From contig JBMNQN010000001.1 of NCBI GenBank assembly GCA_050944155.1, positions 64,001-128,000 on the forward strand: DNA of 64,000 bases. The letters are read 5' to 3'. A program made the translations under genes and the position numbers. The DNA comes from Candidatus Methanomethylophilaceae archaeon. GTDB taxonomy: Archaea; Thermoplasmatota; Thermoplasmata; Methanomassiliicoccales; Methanomethylophilaceae. The notes under the pieces are model-generated. The model saw only the letters and a list, made by a program, of their open reading frames with translations. It ran no database searches and was not told the origin of the DNA. Of the stretch, positions 37,963-47,473 are shown one piece after another. Within the stretch, counting starts at the first letter, position 1. The number at the start of each line of letters is the position of its first letter.

Positions 37963-39888
37963 ATGGCGGGGAACATTGCACACGGAAAAAAGGCGGCACG
38001 CTGGTGCGATCGCTGCGGTACGCTTCTGCTAGGAAATTCGTGTTCTCTGTGCGGTTCTTCCGGAAGGATATTCGAAATCAACAGTCCCGGAGACATACGT
38101 CCATGTTTCGGGGAATCAAAAACAATGATACTGGGTCTTTTCGAAGAAGCCTTCGGTACTTCGGAACCTCTCGAAGGCAAAGCTGTTTTCCTCAACAAAG
38201 TTCCCGGTGAAGACCGTACCGACGAGATAATCGCTCACGGGGCAGTTCTGGGTATTGCCCGTTTCGACATGCGGAAAAACAGGATGATGCTGGAAATCAG
38301 ACAGCCCGGCGCGGATTTTTTCAACGGATGTGCCAAGAAAAACATCGTTACTTTTGCGGGTATGTCCGGGCACCTCAAGGGCAAAAACATTCCCGGTAGC
38401 AACATTACGGAAATTACGGGGGAATACCGCGAAGGGGACACCCTCATTGTAAGAAAGGGAATAAAATACGGACCCGGAATTGCACTCACCGATTCGGATC
38501 TGGCACAAGATTCTCTCAAGGCGGTGAAAATAAGGGATCTGAATCCCTCGGAAGACCGTCCGTTCTCTCCGGATTCCGACCGTTCCGTTTTCGTTAAAGC
38601 CAACTCCGTCCGTATGGATGAAATGGAAGCGGAGGCCGTGCGTGAAATCCGCACTGCACTGAAAGGAAACAGACTTCCGGTCACCGCTTCCTTTTCCGGC
38701 GGGAAAGATTCTCTGGTCGCCGCGTTTCTGACCGAAAAGGCTCTAGGGAAAAAACCGATATTGATTTTCATAAACACCGGTCTCGAATTTCCGGAAACTC
38801 TGGAATACGTCGGAAAGTTTTCCGAAAGTTACGATCTGAGAACAGCGGACGCGGGTACCGCGTTCGCAGACAACGTAGACGCTTTCGGCCCTCCGGCGAA
38901 AGATTTCAGATGGTGCTGCAAAGTGTGCAAGCTCGGCCCGGTGACCGAGCTCATAGCAAAAGATTTTCCGAAGGGCACGGTGACCGCGGAAGGAAACCGT
39001 TCCGCGGAATCGTATTCCAGAGCCGGCACGCCTCTGATGTCCGTAAACCCATTCGTTCCGGGACAGACCAACATCAATCCGGTGAGAAACTGGATTGCCG
39101 CCGAAATATGGTGCTACATATTCGGCAGAAATCTTCCGTACAATCCCCTTTACGACAGGGATTTCGAAAGAATCGGATGTTACATGTGCGCATCCTGTCT
39201 TTCCAGCGAGTGGAGGAACACGGGAAGGATACACCCGGAGATGTATTCCCGGTGGGAAGAGTATCTTCACGAATATGCCGAAAAGAGGGGGCTTCCTCCG
39301 GAATACGTCGACATGGGATTCTGGAGATGGAAGGCTCTGCCTCCGAAGATGGTTCTCCTTGCGGACCTTCTCGATCTGAATCTGAAACCCTCTTCATCTT
39401 CGGGAATATCCATGAAAGTTCTGAAAGGAGCGTCCGTATGCGAAGCGGGAGGGTATTCCGCGGAAGCCGTTGTTACGTTACCGCGCAACAGGGATTTTTC
39501 ATACACGGCGGATTCTCTGCGCACCGTCGGGACGGTAAAATATTCTCCGGATTTTGATATAGCGTTTGTGAGAACTCCCAGAGGAACGGCGAAAGTCTTC
39601 GGAGGAGGACAGGTTTCCGTAACCGCGAAAACAAGCAGAAACGCCGAATTCATGCTGGAAAAAACCGTCAAAGCCATGGTAAGAAGTATGATGTGCACCT
39701 CATGCGGAATCTGCGCAAAGAAATGTCCCAGACGGGCCATTAAGATATCCGGAGGCATGAGAGTGGACCCCAAAAGATGCACGTCATGCGGTGCCTGCGA
39801 AAGATCCTGCATGGTCATACATTATTACGACCGTCTGACCGGCGTACAGAACAAAGAAAAATCCGGAAACCGCCGGAGAAAGACCTAA
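37963..39888 (+). CDS. PAPS-reductase-family protein with N-terminal zinc finger, PUA-like region and C-terminal 4Fe-4S ferredoxin
   Basis: CDRC...CSLC, SFSGGKDS PP-loop, RWCCKVCK, RIGCYMC, CTSCGICAKKCP and CTSCGACERSC. Confidence 0.88.
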   Translation: MAGNIAHGKKAARWCDRCGTLLLGNSCSLCGSSGRIFEINSPGDIRPCFGESKTMILGLFEEAFGTSEPLEGKAVFLNKVPGEDRTDEIIAHGAVLGIARFDMRKNRMMLEIRQPGADFFNGCAKKNIVTFAGMSGHLKGKNIPGSNITEITGEYREGDTLIVRKGIKYGPGIALTDSDLAQDSLKAVKIRDLNPSEDRPFSPDSDRSVFVKANSVRMDEMEAEAVREIRTALKGNRLPVTASFSGGKDSLVAAFLTEKALGKKPILIFINTGLEFPETLEYVGKFSESYDLRTADAGTAFADNVDAFGPPAKDFRWCCKVCKLGPVTELIAKDFPKGTVTAEGNRSAESYSRAGTPLMSVNPFVPGQTNINPVRNWIAAEIWCYIFGRNLPYNPLYDRDFERIGCYMCASCLSSEWRNTGRIHPEMYSRWEEYLHEYAEKRGLPPEYVDMGFWRWKALPPKMVLLADLLDLNLKPSSSSGISMKVLKGASVCEAGGYSAEAVVTLPRNRDFSYTADSLRTVGTVKYSPDFDIAFVRTPRGTAKVFGGGQVSVTAKTSRNAEFMLEKTVKAMVRSMMCTSCGICAKKCPRRAIKISGGMRVDPKRCTSCGACERSCMVIHYYDRLTGVQNKEKSGNRRRKT

Positions 39889-39919
39889 AAGTTATATTAC
39901 CGGAGCAGATGGCCGTTCC

Positions 39920-40627
39920 ATGGAGGCAGCTCTGGGAATAGCCGCTGTAATAGGAATAGCTCCCGCGATGGCACTGATGTACCTGGTTCTGAGGAAATAC
40001 ACCTATCCCGTAGCGGAGAGACCCTTCTTCAGCGACCCGATATTTTTCTCTCTTTTCGTGGCCGGACTGATTGCGGGAACGATCCTCTTTGCCGTTTACA
40101 CCTATTTCTGGGGAGCGGCACTCCTTAATGCGATTCTTTTTGCGATTCTGGAAACGATAATCATTCTCGTGGTACTGAATCTAAAGAGATTCCACGGCAA
40201 ATCGGACACGATATTTTACGGATACGGAATGGGTCTGGGACTGGGAGCGACCATGTCCATGGGCATGGCATATTATCTCACTAAAATCGCCGGAACCACG
40301 GACCTGTCTTCGGTGTTGATTCTGATTATTATGTCTATATCGAAGACCCTTATTCTGGGTGCCGTGGGCCTGAACGTGGGAGAAGCGGTTGCGAAACTCA
40401 GGCTGCTGGAGTTCACTTCGCAGGCCGCGGTCGTAAACATGATTTACCACCTGGTTCTGGTTCCCTGGTTCATGGGTTCCGGTTCGATCTATTCCTATCT
40501 GGCACTTGCTCTGGGATTCGCTGTTTCCGCAGTATACTTTTACAAAATGGCCTTCGTTTCCCTGCCTTATACGGTACGTGCGGTCCTCAAGCAGGAAGGC
40601 AAGAAAAGAAAAGACATTCCGAAATGA
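39920..40627 (+). CDS. Hypothetical multi-pass membrane protein
   Basis: ~7 hydrophobic segments; YGYGMGLGLGA glycine-rich helix. Confidence 0.8.
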   Translation: MEAALGIAAVIGIAPAMALMYLVLRKYTYPVAERPFFSDPIFFSLFVAGLIAGTILFAVYTYFWGAALLNAILFAILETIIILVVLNLKRFHGKSDTIFYGYGMGLGLGATMSMGMAYYLTKIAGTTDLSSVLILIIMSISKTLILGAVGLNVGEAVAKLRLLEFTSQAAVVNMIYHLVLVPWFMGSGSIYSYLALALGFAVSAVYFYKMAFVSLPYTVRAVLKQEGKKRKDIPK

Positions 40628-41068
40628 TTAGGCGCGGTATTTTCCCGTTTCCGTTTCGAAAACGATACACTGTTCCAGCATGGCGCCGAGAATCTTCTCC
40701 GGATTTTTTCTTTCGATTTTTTTCATGTCTTCGAGAGTAAAAGTTCCGAATATTTCGGTCAGGCCAGAAGCCAGGATTTCCATTTTGGTTTCCATATCCT
40801 GGCAGTGTTCGTATTTGTATTCCAGCGTAGAAATCGGATCGGCGTTTTCGATTCTTTTTCTCGCTTCCGGGTCTTCTCCGGGGTCGGTGAAACCGGTCAT
40901 TTCGGAAAGAACCGCTCTTACGGTGCTCTGATCCGAATTTCTGTAAAACACCGAAACGTTCGCGTTCGTAACGTTCTTTCCGCAGTAGGGACACGCCGAA
41001 GTTTCCGAGGAGAAATCGACTATTCTCAGTCTCCCGCAGGAACACTTAGTTATGGCGTAATCGTTCAT
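40628..41068 (-). CDS. Zinc-ribbon hypothetical protein with possible C-terminal winged helix
   Basis: MNDYAITKCSCG...CPYCG; start overlaps the pdaD stop. Confidence 0.75.
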   Translation of the reverse strand: MNDYAITKCSCGRLRIVDFSSETSACPYCGKNVTNANVSVFYRNSDQSTVRAVLSEMTGFTDPGEDPEARKRIENADPISTLEYKYEHCQDMETKMEILASGLTEIFGTFTLEDMKKIERKNPEKILGAMLEQCIVFETETGKYRA

Positions 41069-41538
41069 AGGTACTCCGTAAACACCAGGGATGCCACGCA
41101 GCATCCGTAATTTCCGGAAGGGATTCTCAGTTCCTCGGTTACGAAAAATATCTCTCCGAGTTCGGTGTTCCTGATTCTCCCCATCTCTTCCATTTTCCAT
41201 TTAAGGTCGTCTTTCAGGGATTTTTCGGAACCGTAAAGATGGCCCTCGGCCACGTATCCGCCCTTTCCGTCCTTCCGGAAGGCGTATCCTATGCCTGCCG
41301 AAATGGTCTCTCCCTCCTGGCCTCTCATCTGTGCCAGCACGCAGTGCGTTACTGCTCCCATGGGTATCGCTTTTTTCTCGGTGAGTTCGGCTCCTACGGG
41401 TATGACCGAAGAAACGGAAACCAGGTTCTGTTCGCCTATTCCGGCTTCTATGAGTGCTACGTCGAAGGCGTTGAGCTGGGAGACCGGACTGACCGCCGAT
41501 CCCGAAGTTACGAAAAATTTCGAAGGAATCAATTGCAT
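41065..41538 (-). CDS. pdaD: Pyruvoyl-dependent arginine decarboxylase
   Basis: LNAFDVALIEAGI, NLVSVSSVIP (Ser-Ser self-cleavage site), GYVAE. Confidence 0.92.
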   Translation of the reverse strand: MQLIPSKFFVTSGSAVSPVSQLNAFDVALIEAGIGEQNLVSVSSVIPVGAELTEKKAIPMGAVTHCVLAQMRGQEGETISAGIGYAFRKDGKGGYVAEGHLYGSEKSLKDDLKWKMEEMGRIRNTELGEIFFVTEELRIPSGNYGCCVASLVFTEYL

Positions 41539-41566
41539 ATTTTCACCATTAATCTTTGTTTTGGGT

Positions 41567-42313
41567 TTATCCGTAGAGGTGGTTGTCGTCCTCCGGAGGT
41601 TTGGCTTCCCCTATTTCCGTCTGAGAACGAATTCTTTTCTCCAGCTCTTCGGCTTCCTGAACCAGGGGCGTGAGATCGATGTCTTTCAGTTCGGGAATCA
41701 CGTCGGTAAGTTTTTTGAGAACTTCCGCGGCGGACCTGGGGTCGGGAAGCTGGGCTTCCGCAGGGGAAAGTATCGTAACCACGTCTATGTTCCGTTCCTT
41801 TCCCTCGAAGAGCATCACTCCGGTGAGTCCCTTTATCATTCCGTTTTCCAGGGGTTCGAGTCCGAAACCCTTTATCATTTCCCTGGCCCGGGGAGAGTTT
41901 CCTGCCGCAAAAGAAACGTCGTCCGAGGAGTATCTGGGTATTCCTTCCAGACATACCACCGTTTTGACTCCGTATTCTTTGCACATATCCAGTATTTCTC
42001 TGGCCAGGATACAGCACTGTCTTGCATCGGGTGCTATTTCGGAAGTTATCACCATGAGGTCGTTGCAGCGTCCCTCTTTCTCGTCGCGGCAGAAACCGTG
42101 TACGCGGATGGGAGGGTAAGGGTCTCCGTTGATGAGTATGCTGTACGGGCTCATGTTGTCGGAATACATTCCTCTCAGTACGGGCATCTTCAGTTCCCTG
42201 ACGATGTAGCTGCCGATTATGGATCCCACCAGCCCCACCGTGGGGAAACCGACGATGGCGACCGCATCGTTCAGTCCGCTGTCGTCGTATCTGAAGACGT
42301 TGAGCTCTGACAT
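41567..42313 (-). CDS. PAC2-family proteasome assembly chaperone
   Basis: VGFPTVGLVG, PPIRVH, LPDPRSAA, C-terminal LYG (HbYX motif). Confidence 0.9.
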   Translation of the reverse strand: MSELNVFRYDDSGLNDAVAIVGFPTVGLVGSIIGSYIVRELKMPVLRGMYSDNMSPYSILINGDPYPPIRVHGFCRDEKEGRCNDLMVITSEIAPDARQCCILAREILDMCKEYGVKTVVCLEGIPRYSSDDVSFAAGNSPRAREMIKGFGLEPLENGMIKGLTGVMLFEGKERNIDVVTILSPAEAQLPDPRSAAEVLKKLTDVIPELKDIDLTPLVQEAEELEKRIRSQTEIGEAKPPEDDNHLYG

Positions 42314-42362
42314 GGGCCGGTGATTAACATCAATCTATTAATCTGTTCTACGTTAACCCTCC

Positions 42363-43628
42363 ATGAATTTCATAGACGTAACCGAAACGGCGGGCGGCAT
42401 CCCCGTCATAACGGAAAACATACCCGGATGCGGAAGCGCAGGTTTCATGGTCGCCGTCCGCACGGGATCCAGGGACGAGGACAGAAAATCCCTGGGCATT
42501 TCTCACCTGCTGGAACATGTAGTTTTCAGAAGAACAGAATCCCGCACTTCCTACCAGATGGCCAAAGAGATGGAAGGCGCGGGAGGGATGATGAACGCGT
42601 TCACCGGAAAAGAGGTCACCGGATTTTACGGGATAACGCTGAAAGAAACGTCGGCGGTGGCAAAAGAGATGGTGGCAGACATAGTGGCGCACCCGATGCT
42701 CGGAGACGAGGACACCGAACTCGAGAAGAAGATAGTTCTTCAGGAACTGAGCATGATAAAGAACGACCCGGAGTCCTACATCCACGACCTTTTCGACGAA
42801 ACCGTATGGGAAGGACACGAACTGTCCCAGACACCCGGCGGAAAAGAACGCATAGTGGAAAAACTGACCCACGAAGATTTGAGGGCGTATTACGAAGACA
42901 GGTACGGAAGGCCCAATTTCGCCGTGTTCGCGGCCGGAGCCGTAAACGGTAAAGATACGGCGGCATGGGCGTCCGGGTCCTTCGACGGCATGGAAGCCGC
43001 CACGGCGCCGGTCAGGAAGAAACCTCCGGTTCCGAAAGCCAAATACAGATTCTTTTCCAACAAATCCGATCATTATCAGGTGGCCATGGGATTCCCCGCG
43101 TACGTCAAAGAGGACGGAAACAGGGCCGCATCGGAACTTCTTTCCGGACTTCTCGGTTCGGGGACCTCTTCCAGGCTGTTCCAGGAAGTCAGGGAGAAGA
43201 ACGCGCTGGTTTATTCCGTCTATTCGGCTTTGGACGAAAGCACCGATTCCGCCTATCTGGGTATTTACATGTCGTCCACCGCGGAAAACGTACTTCCGTC
43301 GGTAAACGCGGTTTCGGGGGTTCTCAGATCCCTGACGAAAGAAGGTCTGGAAAAGGGCGAACTGGAACGTACCAAGAATCTGATCAAAGGGAGCATAATC
43401 AGGAGCCAGGAATCCACCGTGCGCAGGATGAACCGTCTCGCCAGGGAATACATGCTTACCGGAAAAGTGCGCACTCTCGAAGACAGAATAGCGGATATAG
43501 AAAATGCCACGGAAGAGGACGTTCTCGCGGTCGCCGAAAAAACAATCAGGGCGGAAACGCTGAATACGGCGGTTCTGGGAAAAGCCGACAGGACGATAAA
43601 AGAAGCGGATTTCTCTTCCGTTTTATGA
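42363..43628 (+). CDS. M16 family (pitrilysin-like) zinc peptidase
   Basis: GSRDE, GISHLLEHVVF, NAFTGKE, SSRLFQEVREKNALVY. Confidence 0.92.
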   Translation: MNFIDVTETAGGIPVITENIPGCGSAGFMVAVRTGSRDEDRKSLGISHLLEHVVFRRTESRTSYQMAKEMEGAGGMMNAFTGKEVTGFYGITLKETSAVAKEMVADIVAHPMLGDEDTELEKKIVLQELSMIKNDPESYIHDLFDETVWEGHELSQTPGGKERIVEKLTHEDLRAYYEDRYGRPNFAVFAAGAVNGKDTAAWASGSFDGMEAATAPVRKKPPVPKAKYRFFSNKSDHYQVAMGFPAYVKEDGNRAASELLSGLLGSGTSSRLFQEVREKNALVYSVYSALDESTDSAYLGIYMSSTAENVLPSVNAVSGVLRSLTKEGLEKGELERTKNLIKGSIIRSQESTVRRMNRLAREYMLTGKVRTLEDRIADIENATEEDVLAVAEKTIRAETLNTAVLGKADRTIKEADFSSVL

Positions 43629-44114
43629 CCGTGAAGACCAGAACGTGTCGATGAGGTGGAGTACGGCGCTGACCGCGCTGGGGACCGAAGCTTCCACCGC
43701 CGGCGTCATGGTTTCGCTCACGGTCTGAATGTCTTCCGCTTCCACCGCCACGTATTTCACAGCGTCGGGCATGTATTCCGGGTCCATCTGTCTTCCGATT
43801 TTCAGAGCCGTCGCAAGGTTTACGTCGTGGGGGGACGCGGATGCAACCGTGGATTCGAAATCTTCCGGATCGAACAGCATAACCGTTCCGGGTTCCACCG
43901 CTCCCGTGCGTATGCAGTCCACAATCACGGCGAAACGGAATCCGGTAACCAGCGGAATGATATCCAGGCCTCCCACGGCCTCCTGGCGGGTTTCCACGTT
44001 TTTCAGTTTCAGTCTCTCCACTTCTTCGGCTATCCGGAGGCCGACGGCGTCGTCGCACATAATGGGACTTCCCAGTCCGATTACAACCGTAGCGTCCCTG
44101 ACTCCTTTTTCCAT
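43623..44114 (-). CDS. Hydrogenase maturation protease
   Basis: VIGLGSPIMCDDAVG, IVDC, GTV, SPHD. Confidence 0.9.
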   Translation of the reverse strand: MEKGVRDATVVIGLGSPIMCDDAVGLRIAEEVERLKLKNVETRQEAVGGLDIIPLVTGFRFAVIVDCIRTGAVEPGTVMLFDPEDFESTVASASPHDVNLATALKIGRQMDPEYMPDAVKYVAVEAEDIQTVSETMTPAVEASVPSAVSAVLHLIDTFWSSRS

Positions 44115-44185
44115 CGCAGAGACAACGGTCCTCCCGATTATTACGTTTCCGCAAGAATTAATACGGTACGAAACTCTGTTGCGGC

Positions 44186-44989
44186 GTGGACATAAGGGCC
44201 AGAACGTATCTCGTTGTCAACGGAAAAACCGTTACGACGCGTCAGCTGGAAGTTCTCGAAAAGGTAAGAGCCGGAGGCAGCATGACTGCTGCCGCCGAAG
44301 ATTTGGGCATATCCGCCCCGGCCGTTCACAAATATATGTGCCAGATTGAGGAAGCGGCGGGAGTTCCGATTTACGTTTCCGTTCCTTCCGGAACCCGTCT
44401 GACCGCCGCGGGAAGAGAAATAGCCGATACGTTTGCGGCAATGGAGCTGCGCAGCCGCACCGAACGCAAATTCACCATATGCTGCAGCCCCGTCACCGAA
44501 GATCTTATGATGTCCGTCATGTCGGCTCTCAGGATGACCGACTCCGAGCTGATTATCTCGGACGACGAAAATAATCTGCGCATGATGAAGGAACACATGG
44601 CCGACTACGCGGTTCTGGACGACCCCATGTATCTTTTCGAAGCCGAAGAATTCGAGTGGATGGAAATCGGATACATGGGTATGGTTCTCGTGGACAACGG
44701 TTCTTCGTTCATACGTTACAGATACGGGGCACAGAGGGTTGCATACATGTATCTGGATTCCATAGACAGGGAATACACTGTGGATTCGGTAACGTATTCC
44801 CTTCCGGAGCTTCTCGGCTCCAATAAGAGTTTCTTCATAGACGAGTTTCTGCTGCAGAGAAAAGGGCTGAGACTCAAAAGCGCGGTGGATCCGAAAATGC
44901 TCAGACACACGATAAACGCGATATACAGGAAGGAAACGGAGCAGATTTCGAAACTCAACCGGGCGCTTATTTCCAGGCGCGTGGAGTGA
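44186..44989 (+). CDS. LysR/ModE-type HTH transcriptional regulator
   Basis: GSMTAAAEDLGISAPAVHKYMCQIE, GTRLTAAG; degenerate effector-binding domain; GTG start. Confidence 0.82.
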   Translation: MDIRARTYLVVNGKTVTTRQLEVLEKVRAGGSMTAAAEDLGISAPAVHKYMCQIEEAAGVPIYVSVPSGTRLTAAGREIADTFAAMELRSRTERKFTICCSPVTEDLMMSVMSALRMTDSELIISDDENNLRMMKEHMADYAVLDDPMYLFEAEEFEWMEIGYMGMVLVDNGSSFIRYRYGAQRVAYMYLDSIDREYTVDSVTYSLPELLGSNKSFFIDEFLLQRKGLRLKSAVDPKMLRHTINAIYRKETEQISKLNRALISRRVE

Positions 44990-45032
44990 GTTAACCGATT
45001 AGTTAATACATCCTTGCGGGCGACTGTTCCCA

Positions 45033-45039
45033 TTATATA
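45033..45039 (+). promoter_or_regulatory. Putative TATA box of hdrCB
   Basis: TTATATA ~32 nt upstream of ATG 45071. Confidence 0.5.
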
Positions 45040-45070
45040 GAGCAAAGTAATGCAAACTTCAGGTAGTACT

Positions 45071-45565
45071 ATGGTAACACCGAATGTCGAATTTGCTAAA
45101 GAGATTGCGGACGCCGGCGGCGCCGAAGTCAAGATGTGCTTCCAGTGCGGTACCTGCACTGCGAGCTGCCCCTCGGGAAGACACACCTCCTACAGAGTAA
45201 GAAAGCTCATGAGGATGGCCCAGCTCGGAATGAAAAACGAAATTCTCTCCAGCGAGGAACTCTGGGACTGCACCACCTGCTACGCATGCGAAGAGAGGTG
45301 CCCCCGTACCGTTCCCATAGTTGACATAATCATTTCGCTGAGAAACATGGCGGTCGCCGAAGGTCACATGTTCGAGAACCACAAGAAGACCGCCCAGTCC
45401 CTCTACAGCATAGGACACACTGTCAGCATCAACGATTCCGTCAGGGAGAAGAGAACGGCCCTCGGTCTGCCTGCCGAACCCCCCACGGTTCTTTCCAACC
45501 CCGAAGCAATGGCCCAGCTCAAGAAAATCCTCGATGCTACCGGCTTCGACAAGATAGTGGAGTGA
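45071..45565 (+). CDS. hdrC: CoB-CoM heterodisulfide reductase subunit C
   Basis: CFQCGTCTASCP and CTTCYACEERCP ferredoxin motifs; adjacent to hdrB. Confidence 0.94.
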   Translation: MVTPNVEFAKEIADAGGAEVKMCFQCGTCTASCPSGRHTSYRVRKLMRMAQLGMKNEILSSEELWDCTTCYACEERCPRTVPIVDIIISLRNMAVAEGHMFENHKKTAQSLYSIGHTVSINDSVREKRTALGLPAEPPTVLSNPEAMAQLKKILDATGFDKIVE

Positions 45566-45570
45566 TTAAG

Positions 45571-46416
45571 ATGGCAAAATACGCATTTTTCCTTGGTTGC
45601 ATTGCGCCTCTCAGATACCCCGGAATCGAGAAATCCACGAGAGTGGTCTGCGAATCCCTGGGTATAGAACTCGTAGACTTCAAGGACGCCAGCTGCTGCC
45701 CCGCACCCGGTGTCATAAGAGCTTTCAGCAAGAATGCCTGGCTGGCCGCCGGAGCGAGAAACCTCGCTCTCGCAGAGAAAGAAGGCCTCGACATCCTTAC
45801 CATATGCAACGGATGTTTCGGATCCCTGTTCGACGTGGCTCACGAACTCAGAGAGAGCCCCGAGAAGCTTGAAGAAGTCAACAAAGTCCTTGCCGAAATC
45901 GGTCTCGAATACAAGGGAACAACCAAAGTGTACCACTTCGCGGACGTTCTCTACAGAGAGGTCGGAATCGAGAAGATCAAAGAAGCCATCAAGAAGCCCC
46001 TGGACTACAAGGTCGCAACCTTCTACGGATGCCACTTCCTTAAGCCCAGCAAGTACAAATCCATCGACGACCCCGAGAACCCCCACGTTCTCGACGAACT
46101 GGTGGAAGCCACCGGAGCACAGAGCATGCCCAGAATGCAGAAGATGATGTGCTGCGGAGCAGGAGGAGGAGTAAGGGCTTCCTTTGCCGACGTTGCGATG
46201 AAGTTCACCGAACAGAACCTGAAGAACATGGTCGAAGGCGGCGCGGAATACATAGTGGACGTATGTCCTTTCTGCCACCTGCAGTTCGACACCGGACAGC
46301 CGGAACTCAATTACAGCCTCCCGGTTCTCCACCTCTCTCAGCTGTACGGCATCGCCATGGGCATGAACGCGGACGAGCTCGGTCTTTCCGCGCACAAAGT
46401 GCCCGTGAAACTCTGA
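45571..46416 (+). CDS. hdrB: CoB-CoM heterodisulfide reductase subunit B
   Basis: FLGC, RYPGIE, SCCPAPG, CNGC, YGCH, CCGAGGG, CPFCHLQFD. Confidence 0.96.
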   Translation: MAKYAFFLGCIAPLRYPGIEKSTRVVCESLGIELVDFKDASCCPAPGVIRAFSKNAWLAAGARNLALAEKEGLDILTICNGCFGSLFDVAHELRESPEKLEEVNKVLAEIGLEYKGTTKVYHFADVLYREVGIEKIKEAIKKPLDYKVATFYGCHFLKPSKYKSIDDPENPHVLDELVEATGAQSMPRMQKMMCCGAGGGVRASFADVAMKFTEQNLKNMVEGGAEYIVDVCPFCHLQFDTGQPELNYSLPVLHLSQLYGIAMGMNADELGLSAHKVPVKL

Positions 46417-46424
46417 AACCTTTC

Positions 46425-46460
46425 AAGGGGCTCCGGCCCCTTTTCCTTTTTGATTTTTTT
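46425..46460 (+). terminator. Hairpin plus oligo-T terminator after hdrB
   Basis: AAGGGGC-tccg-GCCCCTT followed by T-rich tracts. Confidence 0.7.
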
Positions 46461-46676
46461 TCGATTCCGTATGATTTTTCCGTTAAGGTTCCGGCTGGAA
46501 AAAAGACTAAACTTTAATATATAAGCGGTACCAACCATATTGTAAATTATTAGTACAAAGAGGTTAATTTTAACATACTGGCTATTGATTATTATAAAAC
46601 AAATTTAATAAATTTCATCAGCATAGATTTTAATAGAACAATCGAATCACGGATTCAGTCATAAAGGTGAAACAAA

Positions 46677-47414
46677 ATGGCAGCACCCAGAAAAGGAAGC
46701 TCGGGCCGCAAGGTAAAAGACAAGTGGAAAGCGAAGGAGTGGTACAAGGTACGCGCTCCCCGTATGTTCAATGAAACCGAAATCGGAGAGACGCCTGCGG
46801 CGGATCCCGAATACCTCATCGGAAGAACCTCCGAAGTCACCGTTCAGGATCTTACCGGCGACCTGTCCAAGATGCACATAAAGCTGAAATTCAAAATCAA
46901 CGAAGTGGAAGGCTACGACGCGAAGACCGTGTTCGTGGGACACGACCTCACCGTGGATTACGTAAGAAGGCTTACCCGCAGAAAGAAGACCAAGACCGAT
47001 CACGTCGTGGACATCGTAACCAAAGACGGTTTCACGATGAGACTCAAGACCATGTCCATTGCCGAAAAGCGCATTCAGACTTCCCAGGAGGAAGCGATGA
47101 GGCGTCTGATCGGAGAAACCCTCACTGAAATGGGCAAGGAGAAGACGGTTGCCGACTTCGTAAAAGAAATAGTATCCGGCGATCTGTCCAAGAACCTCGC
47201 CAAAGTGTGCCGCGAAGTGGTTCCCGTAAAGAGGATCGAAATCCGCAGGTCCGAGATACTCGGCCGCGGAGGCGAAGAACCGGAGTCCATAATCGAAACT
47301 CCGGCTCCCGAAGAGAGCTCCGAACCCGAGCCCGAAGCGGAAACCGAATCCGAATCCGAAACGGAAGAAAAAGCCGAAGCGGAGAAGGAAGAGGAGAAAG
47401 AGGAAGAGGAATAA
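46677..47414 (+). CDS. rps3ae: 30S ribosomal protein S3ae (eS1)
   Basis: KDKWKAKEWY, DYVRRLTRR, TKDG, IEIRRSE; acidic tail. Confidence 0.97.
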   Translation: MAAPRKGSSGRKVKDKWKAKEWYKVRAPRMFNETEIGETPAADPEYLIGRTSEVTVQDLTGDLSKMHIKLKFKINEVEGYDAKTVFVGHDLTVDYVRRLTRRKKTKTDHVVDIVTKDGFTMRLKTMSIAEKRIQTSQEEAMRRLIGETLTEMGKEKTVADFVKEIVSGDLSKNLAKVCREVVPVKRIEIRRSEILGRGGEEPESIIETPAPEESSEPEPEAETESESETEEKAEAEKEEEKEEEE

Positions 47415-47473
47415 ACTCCTCTTCCCAAACCTTCTTAAGCGAAAACCCGTTACACGCACAAAAACCAATTAAT

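Noticed and set aside
46488-46503. Replication origin call from an ORB-like sequence
   Set aside because: One imperfect match with an extra base, no G-string and no cdc6/orc1 nearby; kept only as a low-interest note.
47320-47414. GAA/GAG-rich repeats at the end of rps3ae (also rps3, 5920-6000)
   Set aside because: They encode ordinary acidic low-complexity tails, not DNA repeat elements.
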